DNA of 56,198 nt from a virus (taxonomy: Duplodnaviria; Caudoviricetes). A program made the translations under genes and the position numbers. Of this stretch, positions 43,760-53,742 are shown in pieces. The notes under the pieces are model-generated. The model did not search any database, had not been told where the DNA came from, and saw only the letters and a list, made by a program, of their open reading frames with translations. Every line of letters begins with the position of its first letter. Positions within the stretch are counted from its first letter, which is position 1. The stretch lies in the IMG/VR virus record IMGVR_UViG_3300009103_000041, positions 1 to 56,198 of that record; one strand, written 5' to 3'.

Positions 43760-44461
43760 TTATTCCTTATATGTTGTTGTCTTATCAAGGGCAACCCAAT
43801 ACTTGATGTTGCCAGCCATTACAGAAGCAATAAGCTTCTTATCAATACCAAATTCATATGAATCGGCACCGATGAATTTAAAATTATTCATATCAAAAAC
43901 AAAATCAAATTCTGCAGAAGTATTTATACTGCAATTTGAGATGTTCATTGTGAATTGATTTGAAGTTGGATTAGATTTATCAACAATGGTGCATTCAATA
44001 AAGTGTGAACCAGTGGTACTTTTTCTTACACTCAATGTGTTTGTCCTAAGAGTTCCAGCTGCTTTTCTTAATTGCATCATTTGGTCATGAGTTAAAGTGA
44101 AAGTTATATCACTACATTCTAACTCAATGTCCTTGGTAGGCACTGTCAACGTGTCAATCTCAGAGAAAAAATACTTAAAGGTTGTGATACCATCTGTAAT
44201 AATCACATACTTTTTATCATCATCAAATGACAATGTTGGGTCATCAAACATATTAAGACAACTTAGGAATTCTCCTAGGTCATATATGCCAAAAGTATAT
44301 GGCCATTGATATGGTACCTCGGGTTCTATGTTCGCCTTCGCCATGAGTGTTTTAGACACCGACATGGTGCGTATAAACCCACCTTCCTCTCCTAAGGCAA
44401 TATTACTATTAATAGATTGAAAGTTATTTAGTGCTTCAATTATTTCATTACTAAGTTTCAC
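43760..44461 (-). CDS. gp45: Sliding clamp (gp45)
   Basis: MKLS...NFQSIN, FGIYDLGEFL, YWVAL. Confidence 0.93.
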   Translation of the reverse strand: MKLSNEIIEALNNFQSINSNIALGEEGGFIRTMSVSKTLMAKANIEPEVPYQWPYTFGIYDLGEFLSCLNMFDDPTLSFDDDKKYVIITDGITTFKYFFSEIDTLTVPTKDIELECSDITFTLTHDQMMQLRKAAGTLRTNTLSVRKSTTGSHFIECTIVDKSNPTSNQFTMNISNCSINTSAEFDFVFDMNNFKFIGADSYEFGIDKKLIASVMAGNIKYWVALDKTTTYKE

Positions 44462-44792
44462 GGTTTGACTCCTTTATATCATGTTCATTCATTGCTAATA
44501 AAGCATAATGAATAATTTTCATTAAGTCAACTCTATTAGCTCCATTTTTCTTACCATATCTTGATGCGTATTTCATTACATTACCAAGACAAAAATCCAA
44601 ACCTCTTCCAGAAGCTGAGATTAAATCCATACTTTGAATTCCATTTGCAGACGTGTAATGACCTGAATAGGTCTTTTCCACATATATTCCAACGTCCAAC
44701 AAATTTTTATGTTCATTAAATTTCATAAGACTATTTTTGTCGTGTTTCATAATGTTATCAATTTCATCACTTGTTATATTATTAAATTTCAT
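44451..44792 (-). CDS. DUF3310-like protein (T7 gp1.7-like nucleotide kinase family)
   Basis: TYSGHY, FCLGNVMKYASRYGKK.G, DLMKIIHY. Confidence 0.75.
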   Translation of the reverse strand: MKFNNITSDEIDNIMKHDKNSLMKFNEHKNLLDVGIYVEKTYSGHYTSANGIQSMDLISASGRGLDFCLGNVMKYASRYGKKNGANRVDLMKIIHYALLAMNEHDIKESNRET

Positions 44793-44801
44793 AATAGTAT
44801 T

Positions 44802-44831
44802 ATTATATCATAAAATAACAGTAAAGTAAAC
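44802..44831 (-). promoter_or_regulatory. Early promoter (class A)
   Basis: GTTTAC-N18-TATAAT with TG extension; ATG 9 nt downstream. Confidence 0.75.
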
Positions 44832-44834
44832 AGT

Positions 44835-45926
44835 TTAATTTAAATTTAATGCTAAAAATAATGCTTCATCTTTAATCAATTCCTTATCAATATTTCTATC
44901 ACAATTACCATTCACTCTTTTATATGGTGAATTGGCAGGACTATCTATTGCCCACCAAGTAATTCCAATGTCTGCTGGATTTAAAGTATCATAAACAACT
45001 TCAACATACTTTGCTCTATCCTCTGGGTCTGGTCCAAGTCCATCACATTTACCATGTAATCCTATTTCACTTAATACCACTGGGACATTATATTTATTTG
45101 AGTAATTAATAAGTTGGCTCATATGTGATTTAACTTCACCTAGGTATGGCATAACTTTTAATTCCTCATGTGCATAATAATGAAAGCCATAAATAATATT
45201 TGTCCTATCAATAGGAAGTAATAAATTTGCTGGATTTCCATGCCTTGCCCATAAGCCTTTATGTATTCCTTCAATTATAATTGTTCTCCCAGGGGAGACT
45301 TTTCTTATAGCATCAACAATTTCTGTTGACCACTCTTGCCATATTTCTCTTTTATTCCAAGCTCTCATTTGTTCAAACTCAGGCTCATTTAAAACATTAA
45401 AGATTAAATTATTATTGGAGATATGCTTTAAGTCTTTTGATATGATTTCCCAAAGCTTATGATATGTCTCTCTAACTTCTTTATCATTTTCAAATGCTTC
45501 ATGCCAGCGTGTTTGGTTCATACCATCTGGTGCTTTATAAAAAGTTTCATATCCAGGCTTTAAGGAAATACCAAACACAGCATCAGGATGCTCAATTAAA
45601 ATCTTTTCAATTTGTTCTCCAATAGATTTAATTTTTTTATGGACTAATAATTCATCAATGGTCTTAAAGTCTTTACTTAAAAATCTATTAAATGCAATTA
45701 TATAAACATAATGAGACCAACCATCATCAAGGACTTGGTCAACTTTTAAGATATCTTCTGAGACTGTCAATGAAGCAAAGTCAATATCACTTGTCCAATT
45801 TGCACTTGAATTTGCTCCAACTTCTGTAAGTTGGTTCATAACATTATTTGGAATATTATTATCTTCCCAAGCACCAGCGTTGGCGTAATGAGAAAATAAT
45901 AATACTAAACTAAGCAGCAACCGCAT
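44835..45926 (-). CDS. Secreted glycoside hydrolase, GH5/clan A
   Basis: Signal peptide MRLLLSLVLLFSHYANA; LNEP acid/base, FHYY, LSEIG nucleophile, TWW. Confidence 0.75.
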   Translation of the reverse strand: MRLLLSLVLLFSHYANAGAWEDNNIPNNVMNQLTEVGANSSANWTSDIDFASLTVSEDILKVDQVLDDGWSHYVYIIAFNRFLSKDFKTIDELLVHKKIKSIGEQIEKILIEHPDAVFGISLKPGYETFYKAPDGMNQTRWHEAFENDKEVRETYHKLWEIISKDLKHISNNNLIFNVLNEPEFEQMRAWNKREIWQEWSTEIVDAIRKVSPGRTIIIEGIHKGLWARHGNPANLLLPIDRTNIIYGFHYYAHEELKVMPYLGEVKSHMSQLINYSNKYNVPVVLSEIGLHGKCDGLGPDPEDRAKYVEVVYDTLNPADIGITWWAIDSPANSPYKRVNGNCDRNIDKELIKDEALFLALNLN

Positions 45927-48069
45927 CTGTAATTTTTCCAACTAATTGCTTAGTGGTTTTCTTAGTTCTATTGAATTTTTTAAATTCACGTTTAATGTCT
46001 TTCAATTCAGTTTTTCCATCTGGTAAAACAAACTCATCATCTGTAACTTTCTTATTAATTTTTATTACAAAATAGTTGTCATAACCTTTTGCTTTTTTGA
46101 ATTCAGAAAAACCTTCTTTTCTCCATTTTTTAATCATAGTTTGAAAATCAAGATAATCATTATATGGGTCATCATCTTTAATTCCATATATTCCTTGACC
46201 AAATGAAGAAGCATCAGTCGCTAAATGGAAACCCATTATAGTAGCACCAGTTAATTCTTTAAGACGCCCTAACATATTTTTATACATTTCTCTAGAACCA
46301 TCAGCTTTAATTAATTTACCATCAAAGTTTATTGTCTTTTTTCCAGAATGAGTTTTAACATCAGCATGCTTATCCTCTTCAATATAAATTCCATCAGGAG
46401 CACCATCAGTTAAGAACATCAAATTTGTATTTTGTATTCCATGTTTTTTAACAAAAGCCTTAGTCAATCTTGAGGCTAACATACATGTTTGGACAAGTGG
46501 AGTTGAACCCATTTGGTCTATTTTTGATAATTCCCTGCTAGACATATAATATGGAATTTGTCTAGAATATGAATGAGCTTTTGAAACTGCAAACATTGTG
46601 AAAGAAGCCTCATCAAAAGTTTTGTTATTCATATATGAAGAAAACATCTCAACAATTTTAGCACCTTTAATATCCATTTCACCTTCAGCTAATGTGACCT
46701 CTGGACGAATATCATCTGAGTAGTAAGAAGTGGTTGTGAATGAATATGCCTCAAAAGGTATATTAACTTTTCTACAAAACATTGCAATAGTAATTGCTTG
46801 GGCCATAACATCTTCTATGATTTCACACATTGAACCTGAAAGGTCTAGGAACATTATAATTCCATGTGATTTAGCTTGAGCTAATTTAGTAGTTGTTAAA
46901 AAGATATCCTCAGTCATTTTATATGAATGAAGCTTTAATGGGTCAAGCTTTCCAGATTTTGCTGTAGTAGCTTTTGAATATTCAAACGCTGCTTTCTTTC
47001 TTTCAAAATCCTTAGCTAATAATTTAGCTGTTGAATTATAACCTGCTTTAGATTTATTCCAATCTTCTTTACACTTATGTGAAACATAAGCACAATATTC
47101 ATAATCTCTTTCTGTTAATTTTTCAACCATAAATTTTTCACGAGCAGCTTCAGCTTCTTTATATGTGAATAACATATTTTTAAGATTAACATCAGAAATT
47201 CCAGAAGAAAACTGTGATTGCCTATTATTATCATAACGGTCAGTTTCTTTATCTAAAAGATTTTCTTCATTTTCTCTAAAAGTATCATCAGTGAAAGTTT
47301 CATGACCAGGCTCAATAGGTGCTTTATCTTTTTCACCATCACCTTCACCATCACCTTTACCACCTTCACTTTCTTGGTCGTCATCATCATCTTCTGGAGG
47401 AGTGGTACCTTTAGGATTTTCAGTTTCAACTTCATCATCGCCGTCCATATCATTACTTGGAAAATCAGCGCCTGTACCTTCAGGCATTTCATCTTCTTCC
47501 TCTTTATTTTCTTCAACAAAGTCATAGAATTTTTTACAAACATTAACAACGTCATCCCAAGTTTCAACTTTCATAGCTTCTTCAACTAATGGAGTTTCTT
47601 CATCTGAGAATTCAACTGGAATATAACCACGACCTTTTGAATGAACATTAAGTCTGTCCATAAGACCAGCCTCATTAATGTCCCTGTCATCTGTACCAAA
47701 TAGGTTATCATTAAAAAGTTTTTTATAACCATTTTTAAAACGACGAACTATTCCAGGATATGTCTCTTGGATTTTACGTTCAATACGGATATCTTCAACG
47801 ATGTTTAAATAAGCTCTAGGAATTTTTCCAATTTTCTTTTCAGAATCATGCCACCCATCAGCTGGGGTATAAAGAGCATGACCAACCTCGTGACCAACTA
47901 GTAAGTCATAAACATCCTTACCTTTGTCTTCCCAAAGTGGTAATCTTAAAACTCTATTTAAAACATCAAAGCTAGCTGTAGAATAATTACCATGTTGAAC
48001 TGATAAATTTTCTTTTGCTAAAAGCTTTGCTAAATATTCTTGTGCTGATAAATTCATTATGCGTTCCAC
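45910..48069 (-). CDS. Metallopeptidase-VWA protein (CobT-like partner of the MoxR ATPase)
   Basis: HEVGH, acidic linker, MIDAS DLSGSM...TP...LTDG. Confidence 0.85.
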   Translation of the reverse strand: MERIMNLSAQEYLAKLLAKENLSVQHGNYSTASFDVLNRVLRLPLWEDKGKDVYDLLVGHEVGHALYTPADGWHDSEKKIGKIPRAYLNIVEDIRIERKIQETYPGIVRRFKNGYKKLFNDNLFGTDDRDINEAGLMDRLNVHSKGRGYIPVEFSDEETPLVEEAMKVETWDDVVNVCKKFYDFVEENKEEEDEMPEGTGADFPSNDMDGDDEVETENPKGTTPPEDDDDDQESEGGKGDGEGDGEKDKAPIEPGHETFTDDTFRENEENLLDKETDRYDNNRQSQFSSGISDVNLKNMLFTYKEAEAAREKFMVEKLTERDYEYCAYVSHKCKEDWNKSKAGYNSTAKLLAKDFERKKAAFEYSKATTAKSGKLDPLKLHSYKMTEDIFLTTTKLAQAKSHGIIMFLDLSGSMCEIIEDVMAQAITIAMFCRKVNIPFEAYSFTTTSYYSDDIRPEVTLAEGEMDIKGAKIVEMFSSYMNNKTFDEASFTMFAVSKAHSYSRQIPYYMSSRELSKIDQMGSTPLVQTCMLASRLTKAFVKKHGIQNTNLMFLTDGAPDGIYIEEDKHADVKTHSGKKTINFDGKLIKADGSREMYKNMLGRLKELTGATIMGFHLATDASSFGQGIYGIKDDDPYNDYLDFQTMIKKWRKEGFSEFKKAKGYDNYFVIKINKKVTDDEFVLPDGKTELKDIKREFKKFNRTKKTTKQLVGKITDAVAA

Positions 48070-49220
48070 TCATCATCATCTTTAAAGGAAGATAAAACTT
48101 CTTCAGTTAAATCCTCCGGATTTAAATTACTTTCCGGTTCACCATTGATTGTCGCATCAACTTTTTCATAAAGGTCTTTAAAAGCATCTTTAGTATCTTC
48201 ATCAAACCTGTTAACACAAAGTGAAATTGCTTTATCACGTTTTTTGAAAATTGAAAATGTTTGAACAATGTGGCATAAACGACGAGTTGAAATAACTTCA
48301 TCAATACCTTCATCATAAAAAGTTTTCCTAATAGCATCTGCCCAACCAACTAAAAGCTTAGCAAATTCTTCATCAATAGTTTCAAACTTTTTCATATGTT
48401 TCATAACAATTTTTTCCTCAGTTTTAATATTAGGAAATGTTTGTTCTAAAGTAATAGTAAATCTTTCTAGGAAAGCATCATCAATAACTGAAGCACCTGA
48501 ATAACGGCCATCTTCTGAACCCTTACCTTTGGTATTCGCTGTAGCAATTATATTAAAACCTTTTTTAGGTTCAACAACTTCACCTGTCTTTTTAATTAAA
48601 ACCGGCTTACCTTCAAGAACACCTTGAAGACACATAATTTTATTTGTACCACGGTCAATTTCGTCAATCATTAAAACTGCTCCAGCTTCCATAGCCTTAA
48701 TAACCGGACCTTTTTGGAAAACTGTCTCACCTTTAATTAGACGGAAACCACCAATCAAATCGTCCTCATCTGTTTCAGGACTTATTTGAACCCTAACATA
48801 TTCACGATTTAATTTAGCACAAGCCTGTTCTATCTGGAATGTTTTACCATTACCTGATAGTCCAGAAACATAAGTTGGATAAAACATTTTTGACCTAATA
48901 ACTTTTACAATTTCTGTAAAGTTACCCCAAGGAACAAAAGTCTCATCAAAATTTGGAACAAAAACTTCATCATTTGTAACTGATTCAACACCTTTGACCA
49001 TAGCTGGTGCTGACTTTTTAGGTAAAGCAGATTTTGGCATCATGCTTTCCAAGTTATAAACTCCACGACGGACCGTAGGACATTTTTTAACATATCTAAT
49101 ATTAACGTAAGCAGACCTTGGGTTTTCCCCAGCTGCTTTAGCGGCTTCTTTAATCATTGCCGCACTAAATTCCGTTTTATTCGGGTATTTTGTCATTAAA
49201 TTTTCAATTGTTGCATTCAT
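48057..49220 (-). CDS. MoxR/CbbQ/CobS-like AAA+ ATPase
   Basis: GLSGNGKT, DEDDLIGG, IDEID, TANTKG, AFLERF, ISTRRL. Confidence 0.92.
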   Translation of the reverse strand: MNATIENLMTKYPNKTEFSAAMIKEAAKAAGENPRSAYVNIRYVKKCPTVRRGVYNLESMMPKSALPKKSAPAMVKGVESVTNDEVFVPNFDETFVPWGNFTEIVKVIRSKMFYPTYVSGLSGNGKTFQIEQACAKLNREYVRVQISPETDEDDLIGGFRLIKGETVFQKGPVIKAMEAGAVLMIDEIDRGTNKIMCLQGVLEGKPVLIKKTGEVVEPKKGFNIIATANTKGKGSEDGRYSGASVIDDAFLERFTITLEQTFPNIKTEEKIVMKHMKKFETIDEEFAKLLVGWADAIRKTFYDEGIDEVISTRRLCHIVQTFSIFKKRDKAISLCVNRFDEDTKDAFKDLYEKVDATINGEPESNLNPEDLTEEVLSSFKDDDEWNA

Positions 49221-49250
49221 ATTTTTCCTCTTTTTTTATTTTATATAGTA

Positions 49251-49338
49251 TATTATATCATAGTTTAACGGCTTTAGGAGAGTATTTTCAATAAAAATAC
49301 TAACGGTTCCGTTAGCTGAAGTATATTGTCTGCCAATT
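49251..49338 (-). repeat. Promoter/stem-loop cassette, copy 2 (class B promoter)
   Basis: Matches 7295-7404 except that the TAACGG/CCGTTA loop is 2 nt. Confidence 0.9.
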
Positions 49339-49513
49339 ATACCATACTCCTGAATTCTTCAAGCCTATTTTCAGGGATTGAAATAGTAATTGAAGGTAAT
49401 GGTAATTCCGGTTGTTCATCTAATGAAATTAAAGTTGCCTCAAAATAAGTTAATGAGCGAAGTAATTCCAAAATTGAGATATTGTGGTCAATATCAGTTG
49501 TAAATGTTACCAT
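49337..49513 (-). CDS. 58-aa hypothetical early protein
   Basis: Not in the ORF track; MVTFTTDIDHNISILELL...; lies between two class B promoters. Confidence 0.55.
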   Translation of the reverse strand: MVTFTTDIDHNISILELLRSLTYFEATLISLDEQPELPLPSITISIPENRLEEFRSMV

Positions 49514-49544
49514 ATTTGTATGCCTTTTTTTATCTTAATGTACC

Positions 49545-49581
49545 ATTATATCATACTTTAAGGCACTTAGGAGAGTATTTT
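49545..49581 (-). promoter_or_regulatory. Class B promoter, copy 3 (core only)
   Basis: AAAATACTCTCCTAA-N11-TATGATATAAT. Confidence 0.8.
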
Positions 49582-49611
49582 TAAAAAAAGAAAGTTTATT
49601 CTATTAAACGG

Positions 49612-51288
49612 CTAATAGAAGGAATAATTTTCTATAGAACTAAAATTGTTTACTTTTTTAAATTCAATTTTAGCTTTGAGTTTATTCTCAAGTAGGTCTG
49701 GCTTATGGGAAATAATAAATGTATTTGTACCATTTTCTAAAGTCAGTAAAATTTTTAATAGGTTATCCACACCATCGTCATCTAGTGATGAGTCAAATGT
49801 TTCGTCAAGAATTAGCAAATTTGTGTTGGTAGAGTTTTTCATCTTAGCTATTTGACGCCAAGCAAATAATAAACTCAAGTCAATCCTCATCTTTTCTCCT
49901 TCTGAGAAATTGTCATATACAAATGTATCCCTATGTCTGGACTTAATTGTCTCTTCAAAATTGTCATCAAGGTGGAATGCTACAAAGAATTCTAAAACTT
50001 GGAGGTACTGATTAATAAGATTATTCATTGCGGGTAGATATTCTTTTATGACTTTAGTTCTTATCCCAGTATCTTTTAGCATTTCTGATGCTATGTCATT
50101 ATATAATAAATCAGTATTTGCTTCATCTCTAAGCTCTTGTAATTCTCCAAGCTTATATGTCAAATCAACTAAATCCTGTAATGGCTTTTTAATATCTACT
50201 TCTTTAACTTTTCTATTTGTCAAATCAGCTATTCTATCTGAACACCAACTAATTTTCCTATTGGTATCAATCATAGAATTAATATCATCTCTCGTTTGTT
50301 CTATTGTTAATGAAGTAGAATTATATTTTGCTTCATTATGGTCCACTTCTTGTTGAGTCTTTTTTGCTTGCTCTTTAACTTCAATAAGCATTGCAGTCTT
50401 TAACTGCTTATTAATCTCTTGAGTACATGTTGGACAATCATCATTATTTTCAAAAAACTTAGCTGTATCAACAAGATGTTTCATAACATGATTGCACTTA
50501 CCCTTTTCAGTAGTTAACTCATCTTTTATATCTCTTAAAGTTTTTAATTTTTGTTCAAGTCCGTATGGATATTTTTCTAATTCTAATTTAAGTACTTTAA
50601 GTTTTTCATCACAGTCTTTAATTTCTTCATCAAAGGATTTTTTTGCTTCTTCATTTATTTTTTCTAATTGGTTGATATGTTTTTTCTGATATTCAATTTT
50701 ATCCTTTTGAGCATTTACAGATATCTTTAAACCCTTAGCATTTTCACGTACAGTAGATGTTCTTGCTTTTAATACGTGTTTCATTTTACTAAATATATTA
50801 ATGTCTAATAAATCTTCAATTACTAATCGCCTTTCATGAGTTCTTAATTGCATAAAGGGTATAAAGTTGCTTGAACCAAGAACTACAATCTGGTGAAAAC
50901 TTTTATGATTTAGTTTCAGTATATTTTGTTCTAAAAATTTTTGGTAGTCGCGTACTGAACTGGTTTGGTCTATCATCTTACCATTCTGCCATACCTCAAA
51001 TTTATTTGGTTTTATTCCTCGTATCACTTTAAAGTCATGACCAGCTGTCTCAAACTCTACTGATACCTCACAGCCTTTTCCATTAACAGAATTTATTAAT
51101 CCATTTTTATTAACATTTCTATGTGCCTTACCAAATAAAGCAAAGGATAATGCATCAAGTATTGTGGATTTACCGGACCCATTGGTGCCTACAACAAGAG
51201 TAGATTTACTCTTATTAAGTTGAATTGTTATGGGATTGTTTCCGGTAGATAGAAAGTTTTTATATACTAACTTCTGGAACTGTATCAA
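49612..51288 (-). CDS. gp46: Recombination endonuclease ATPase subunit (gp46, Rad50-like)
   Basis: KNFLS.G, GTNGSGKS, CPTC hook, FSEGE, LDETFD, ISHK. Confidence 0.97.
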   Translation of the reverse strand: MIQFQKLVYKNFLSTGNNPITIQLNKSKSTLVVGTNGSGKSTILDALSFALFGKAHRNVNKNGLINSVNGKGCEVSVEFETAGHDFKVIRGIKPNKFEVWQNGKMIDQTSSVRDYQKFLEQNILKLNHKSFHQIVVLGSSNFIPFMQLRTHERRLVIEDLLDINIFSKMKHVLKARTSTVRENAKGLKISVNAQKDKIEYQKKHINQLEKINEEAKKSFDEEIKDCDEKLKVLKLELEKYPYGLEQKLKTLRDIKDELTTEKGKCNHVMKHLVDTAKFFENNDDCPTCTQEINKQLKTAMLIEVKEQAKKTQQEVDHNEAKYNSTSLTIEQTRDDINSMIDTNRKISWCSDRIADLTNRKVKEVDIKKPLQDLVDLTYKLGELQELRDEANTDLLYNDIASEMLKDTGIRTKVIKEYLPAMNNLINQYLQVLEFFVAFHLDDNFEETIKSRHRDTFVYDNFSEGEKMRIDLSLLFAWRQIAKMKNSTNTNLLILDETFDSSLDDDGVDNLLKILLTLENGTNTFIISHKPDLLENKLKAKIEFKKVNNFSSIENYSFY

Positions 51289-51772
51289 GTTGAATCTCCT
51301 GTGGGGTTTTTATAAGCATCATATCTAAACCAATACTTTGTGTTTGCTCTAAAAATACATCACAATCATTATATAATGCTGCGGCAAAATGACCGGTTTG
51401 GTATGTCATATTATCTGTTAGTTCATCTGTATTTATATCATGTTTTTCAATAGCCAAATTCATAAAATAATTGCCAGAACCAGACAAAGTTCCACAATTA
51501 TCATACCACCATTTAATACCACCAAGTATCATAATGATTAATTCTCTATCTTCAAAATGCTTTTCATATTTATTTTTATTTAATAACTCTTCTTCTGCAT
51601 CATTTCTTTCAACATAGTCATTAGTAACTATATCTACTTGTGGACTAAAATCTGTCCATACAACTTCTGAGCTTCCTATTTCACCCCATACGGGATAGCT
51701 TATTAAAGCTAATAAAGCTACTGTAAATATAAATTGATAAATTGTCCAAATAACCCACTTGGGTTTAGACAT
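51260..51772 (-). CDS. Membrane-anchored hypothetical protein
   Basis: N-terminal TM helix; likely start MSKPK at 51772 (TAATG overlap). Confidence 0.6.
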   Translation of the reverse strand: MSKPKWVIWTIYQFIFTVALLALISYPVWGEIGSSEVVWTDFSPQVDIVTNDYVERNDAEEELLNKNKYEKHFEDRELIIMILGGIKWWYDNCGTLSGSGNYFMNLAIEKHDINTDELTDNMTYQTGHFAAALYNDCDVFLEQTQSIGLDMMLIKTPQEIQLDTVPEVSI

Positions 51773-51987
51773 TATTCTGTGGTCGTACCACTCTCCACCC
51801 AGCCTTCGCATCCAGTCTCCGTATTGCTTGTACATTCTATAACTTCTGTCTCACCTAAGCCCACTAAACCTTTAGCTTGTGCCATTTTTTCTTCAAACAT
51901 TGCACAACCACTACTCATGAATAGTACCACTATTACTGCTAATGCTAAAGCGCACCATGCTAATCTGTGTCTCATTTGTTGTTTCAT
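51772..51987 (-). CDS. Putative small lipoprotein
   Basis: Basic N-terminus, hydrophobic core, SSGC lipobox-like site. Confidence 0.55.
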   Translation of the reverse strand: MKQQMRHRLAWCALALAVIVVLFMSSGCAMFEEKMAQAKGLVGLGETEVIECTSNTETGCEGWVESGTTTE

Positions 51988-53051
51988 TATTGTATCTCCA
52001 TATCTAAGGCATCGTTATATAAACTATTCATAAGGGTTTTTAATTTCCCTTTATCTAAATCAGTGTTAACACCATCTATATAGCTTGCCATTAAGTCAGT
52101 CGTATTTTCTATTTCTTCTATATTGGTTACTACATTTTCACCCAAGAATTCAGAGAAGTTTTCAGCTATTTTTAAATCATGTGTGTTTAGCTCTGATATT
52201 CGTTCTATAAACTTATCAAACATAAATGGGTTCGACTTATTACCCACTATGACTTTAACAAATTTGTTCGTACATATATTTATATCAAAATTCTCATAGT
52301 CTTGTGTAGTATCATCATAATATATTTTTTCAAACATCCTTAAAGGATTTGGTATTGCTTTAATTTCTTTTGTATCTGTGTCTAATATATGGAAATACTT
52401 TTCATCATGAGCGTCTGCCCAAGTGAATTCCATTTGACATCCAAGATATCTTATATTAGCTTGTTGACTTGAGGCATGATAATGTCCAGATAAAACTATA
52501 TCATAATGCTTAAATGGTTCAACACCCATTCCATTTCCCATTGGTTGTTTAATACCCCTCATCATTTCAAATCCTTGTAACTCTAAATGAGCCATTATCA
52601 TACCATTATTTTTTCTTATAAACTCCATTGAGTGCTTATGGTTATCTGGATTAATCCACGGTAGCAAATGAATATCCAATCCATCATAATTTAATGTGGA
52701 AGGCTTCATTATAATATTAATATTTTTTGTATAGTATCCTAAGAGCTCTTTAAGAGAGCAAAGTTCATTTGTATTTTTATGGAACACATCATGATTCCCT
52801 GGAATAATATCCATTGTCATACCATTATTAGCTAATGGTTCTAAGAAATGTTTTCGGTTAGCATTAAGTGCTTTAAAGTTTACAAACTTCCTATGGTCAT
52901 AATAATCTCCAAGATGTATTATATGTTTAATATTATTAGCTTCGCAATATGGAAAAAAGATTTCTGAATAAAATCTTTCTTGAAAGTCTATGAATATTTT
53001 TGAGCTATTTCTTACACCACAATGGGTGTCATTTAACAATGCGATTTGCAT
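51987..53051 (-). CDS. gp47: Recombination endonuclease nuclease subunit (gp47, Mre11-like)
   Basis: DTHCG, HLGDYYD, GNHD, SGHYH. Confidence 0.96.
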   Translation of the reverse strand: MQIALLNDTHCGVRNSSKIFIDFQERFYSEIFFPYCEANNIKHIIHLGDYYDHRKFVNFKALNANRKHFLEPLANNGMTMDIIPGNHDVFHKNTNELCSLKELLGYYTKNINIIMKPSTLNYDGLDIHLLPWINPDNHKHSMEFIRKNNGMIMAHLELQGFEMMRGIKQPMGNGMGVEPFKHYDIVLSGHYHASSQQANIRYLGCQMEFTWADAHDEKYFHILDTDTKEIKAIPNPLRMFEKIYYDDTTQDYENFDINICTNKFVKVIVGNKSNPFMFDKFIERISELNTHDLKIAENFSEFLGENVVTNIEEIENTTDLMASYIDGVNTDLDKGKLKTLMNSLYNDALDMEIQ

Positions 53052-53742
53052 GCATCCATCCTAATTTGTTTAAAATAGTTGTATCTGCACATGTCCTTAT
53101 ACGTTCATGTGGTGGGTTTTCAAATCTAATTTCAGGTGTGTGGTATGGCATTAATTTTGCAGCTACTTCTTTTAAGTTAATAGATTCCCCAGTTCCAATA
53201 TCAACAACTTTACCTACTATTATATCATAGTTTTCCACTAAAGTAAACAGCCCGTTACAAACATCATCTATATGGGTCCAATCTCTTTCATGCCTTCCAT
53301 TAATATATTTAACAGATTTAGGATTATTAATCATCCTATCATATAACATATCCTCTCTGCCTGGATATACTGTATGAGGTCTAAAACCTACAAAATCTTT
53401 TCCATCATGTTCATTAATCTTTTTGGTTGTGGCATAAGGATTGGTCCACCATTCTATAGCATTTGAAGAGGAAGCATATAAACATTTTACGTTATTCTCT
53501 CTGCATTCTTTAAAAACAGCTTTAGTACCCTCTACATTTGTTTCCCAATAAGCTTCTGGATTGTCAATTGATTTCCTTACCCCTGTTAAAGCAGCAAGAT
53601 GGATTACCATATCATAAGTATCTGCTAATTTAAAATTACATACATCTTTTGTATATGGCCATACATTATGACCTCGTTCTACTAAGTATGGCATAAGGTG
53701 TGAACCTATATAACCATTATAGCCTGTCATTAATATATTCAC
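53029..53742 (-). CDS. NAD-dependent nucleotide-sugar epimerase/dehydratase
   Basis: TGYNGYIG, HLAA, YASSS, YATTK, RDWTHIDD. Confidence 0.9.
   Translation of the reverse strand: MNILMTGYNGYIGSHLMPYLVERGHNVWPYTKDVCNFKLADTYDMVIHLAALTGVRKSIDNPEAYWETNVEGTKAVFKECRENNVKCLYASSSNAIEWWTNPYATTKKINEHDGKDFVGFRPHTVYPGREDMLYDRMINNPKSVKYINGRHERDWTHIDDVCNGLFTLVENYDIIVGKVVDIGTGESINLKEVAAKLMPYHTPEIRFENPPHERIRTCADTTILNKLGWMHANRIVK

Noticed and set aside
47253-47589. Lys/Met-rich alternative-frame ORFs and short GGTGAT/GGTGAA-type repeats
   Set aside because: By-products of the acidic GDGEGDGE linker of the VWA protein
45910-49220. Cobalamin biosynthesis cobS/cobT
   Set aside because: No cobN or other cob genes; generic MoxR-VWA architecture
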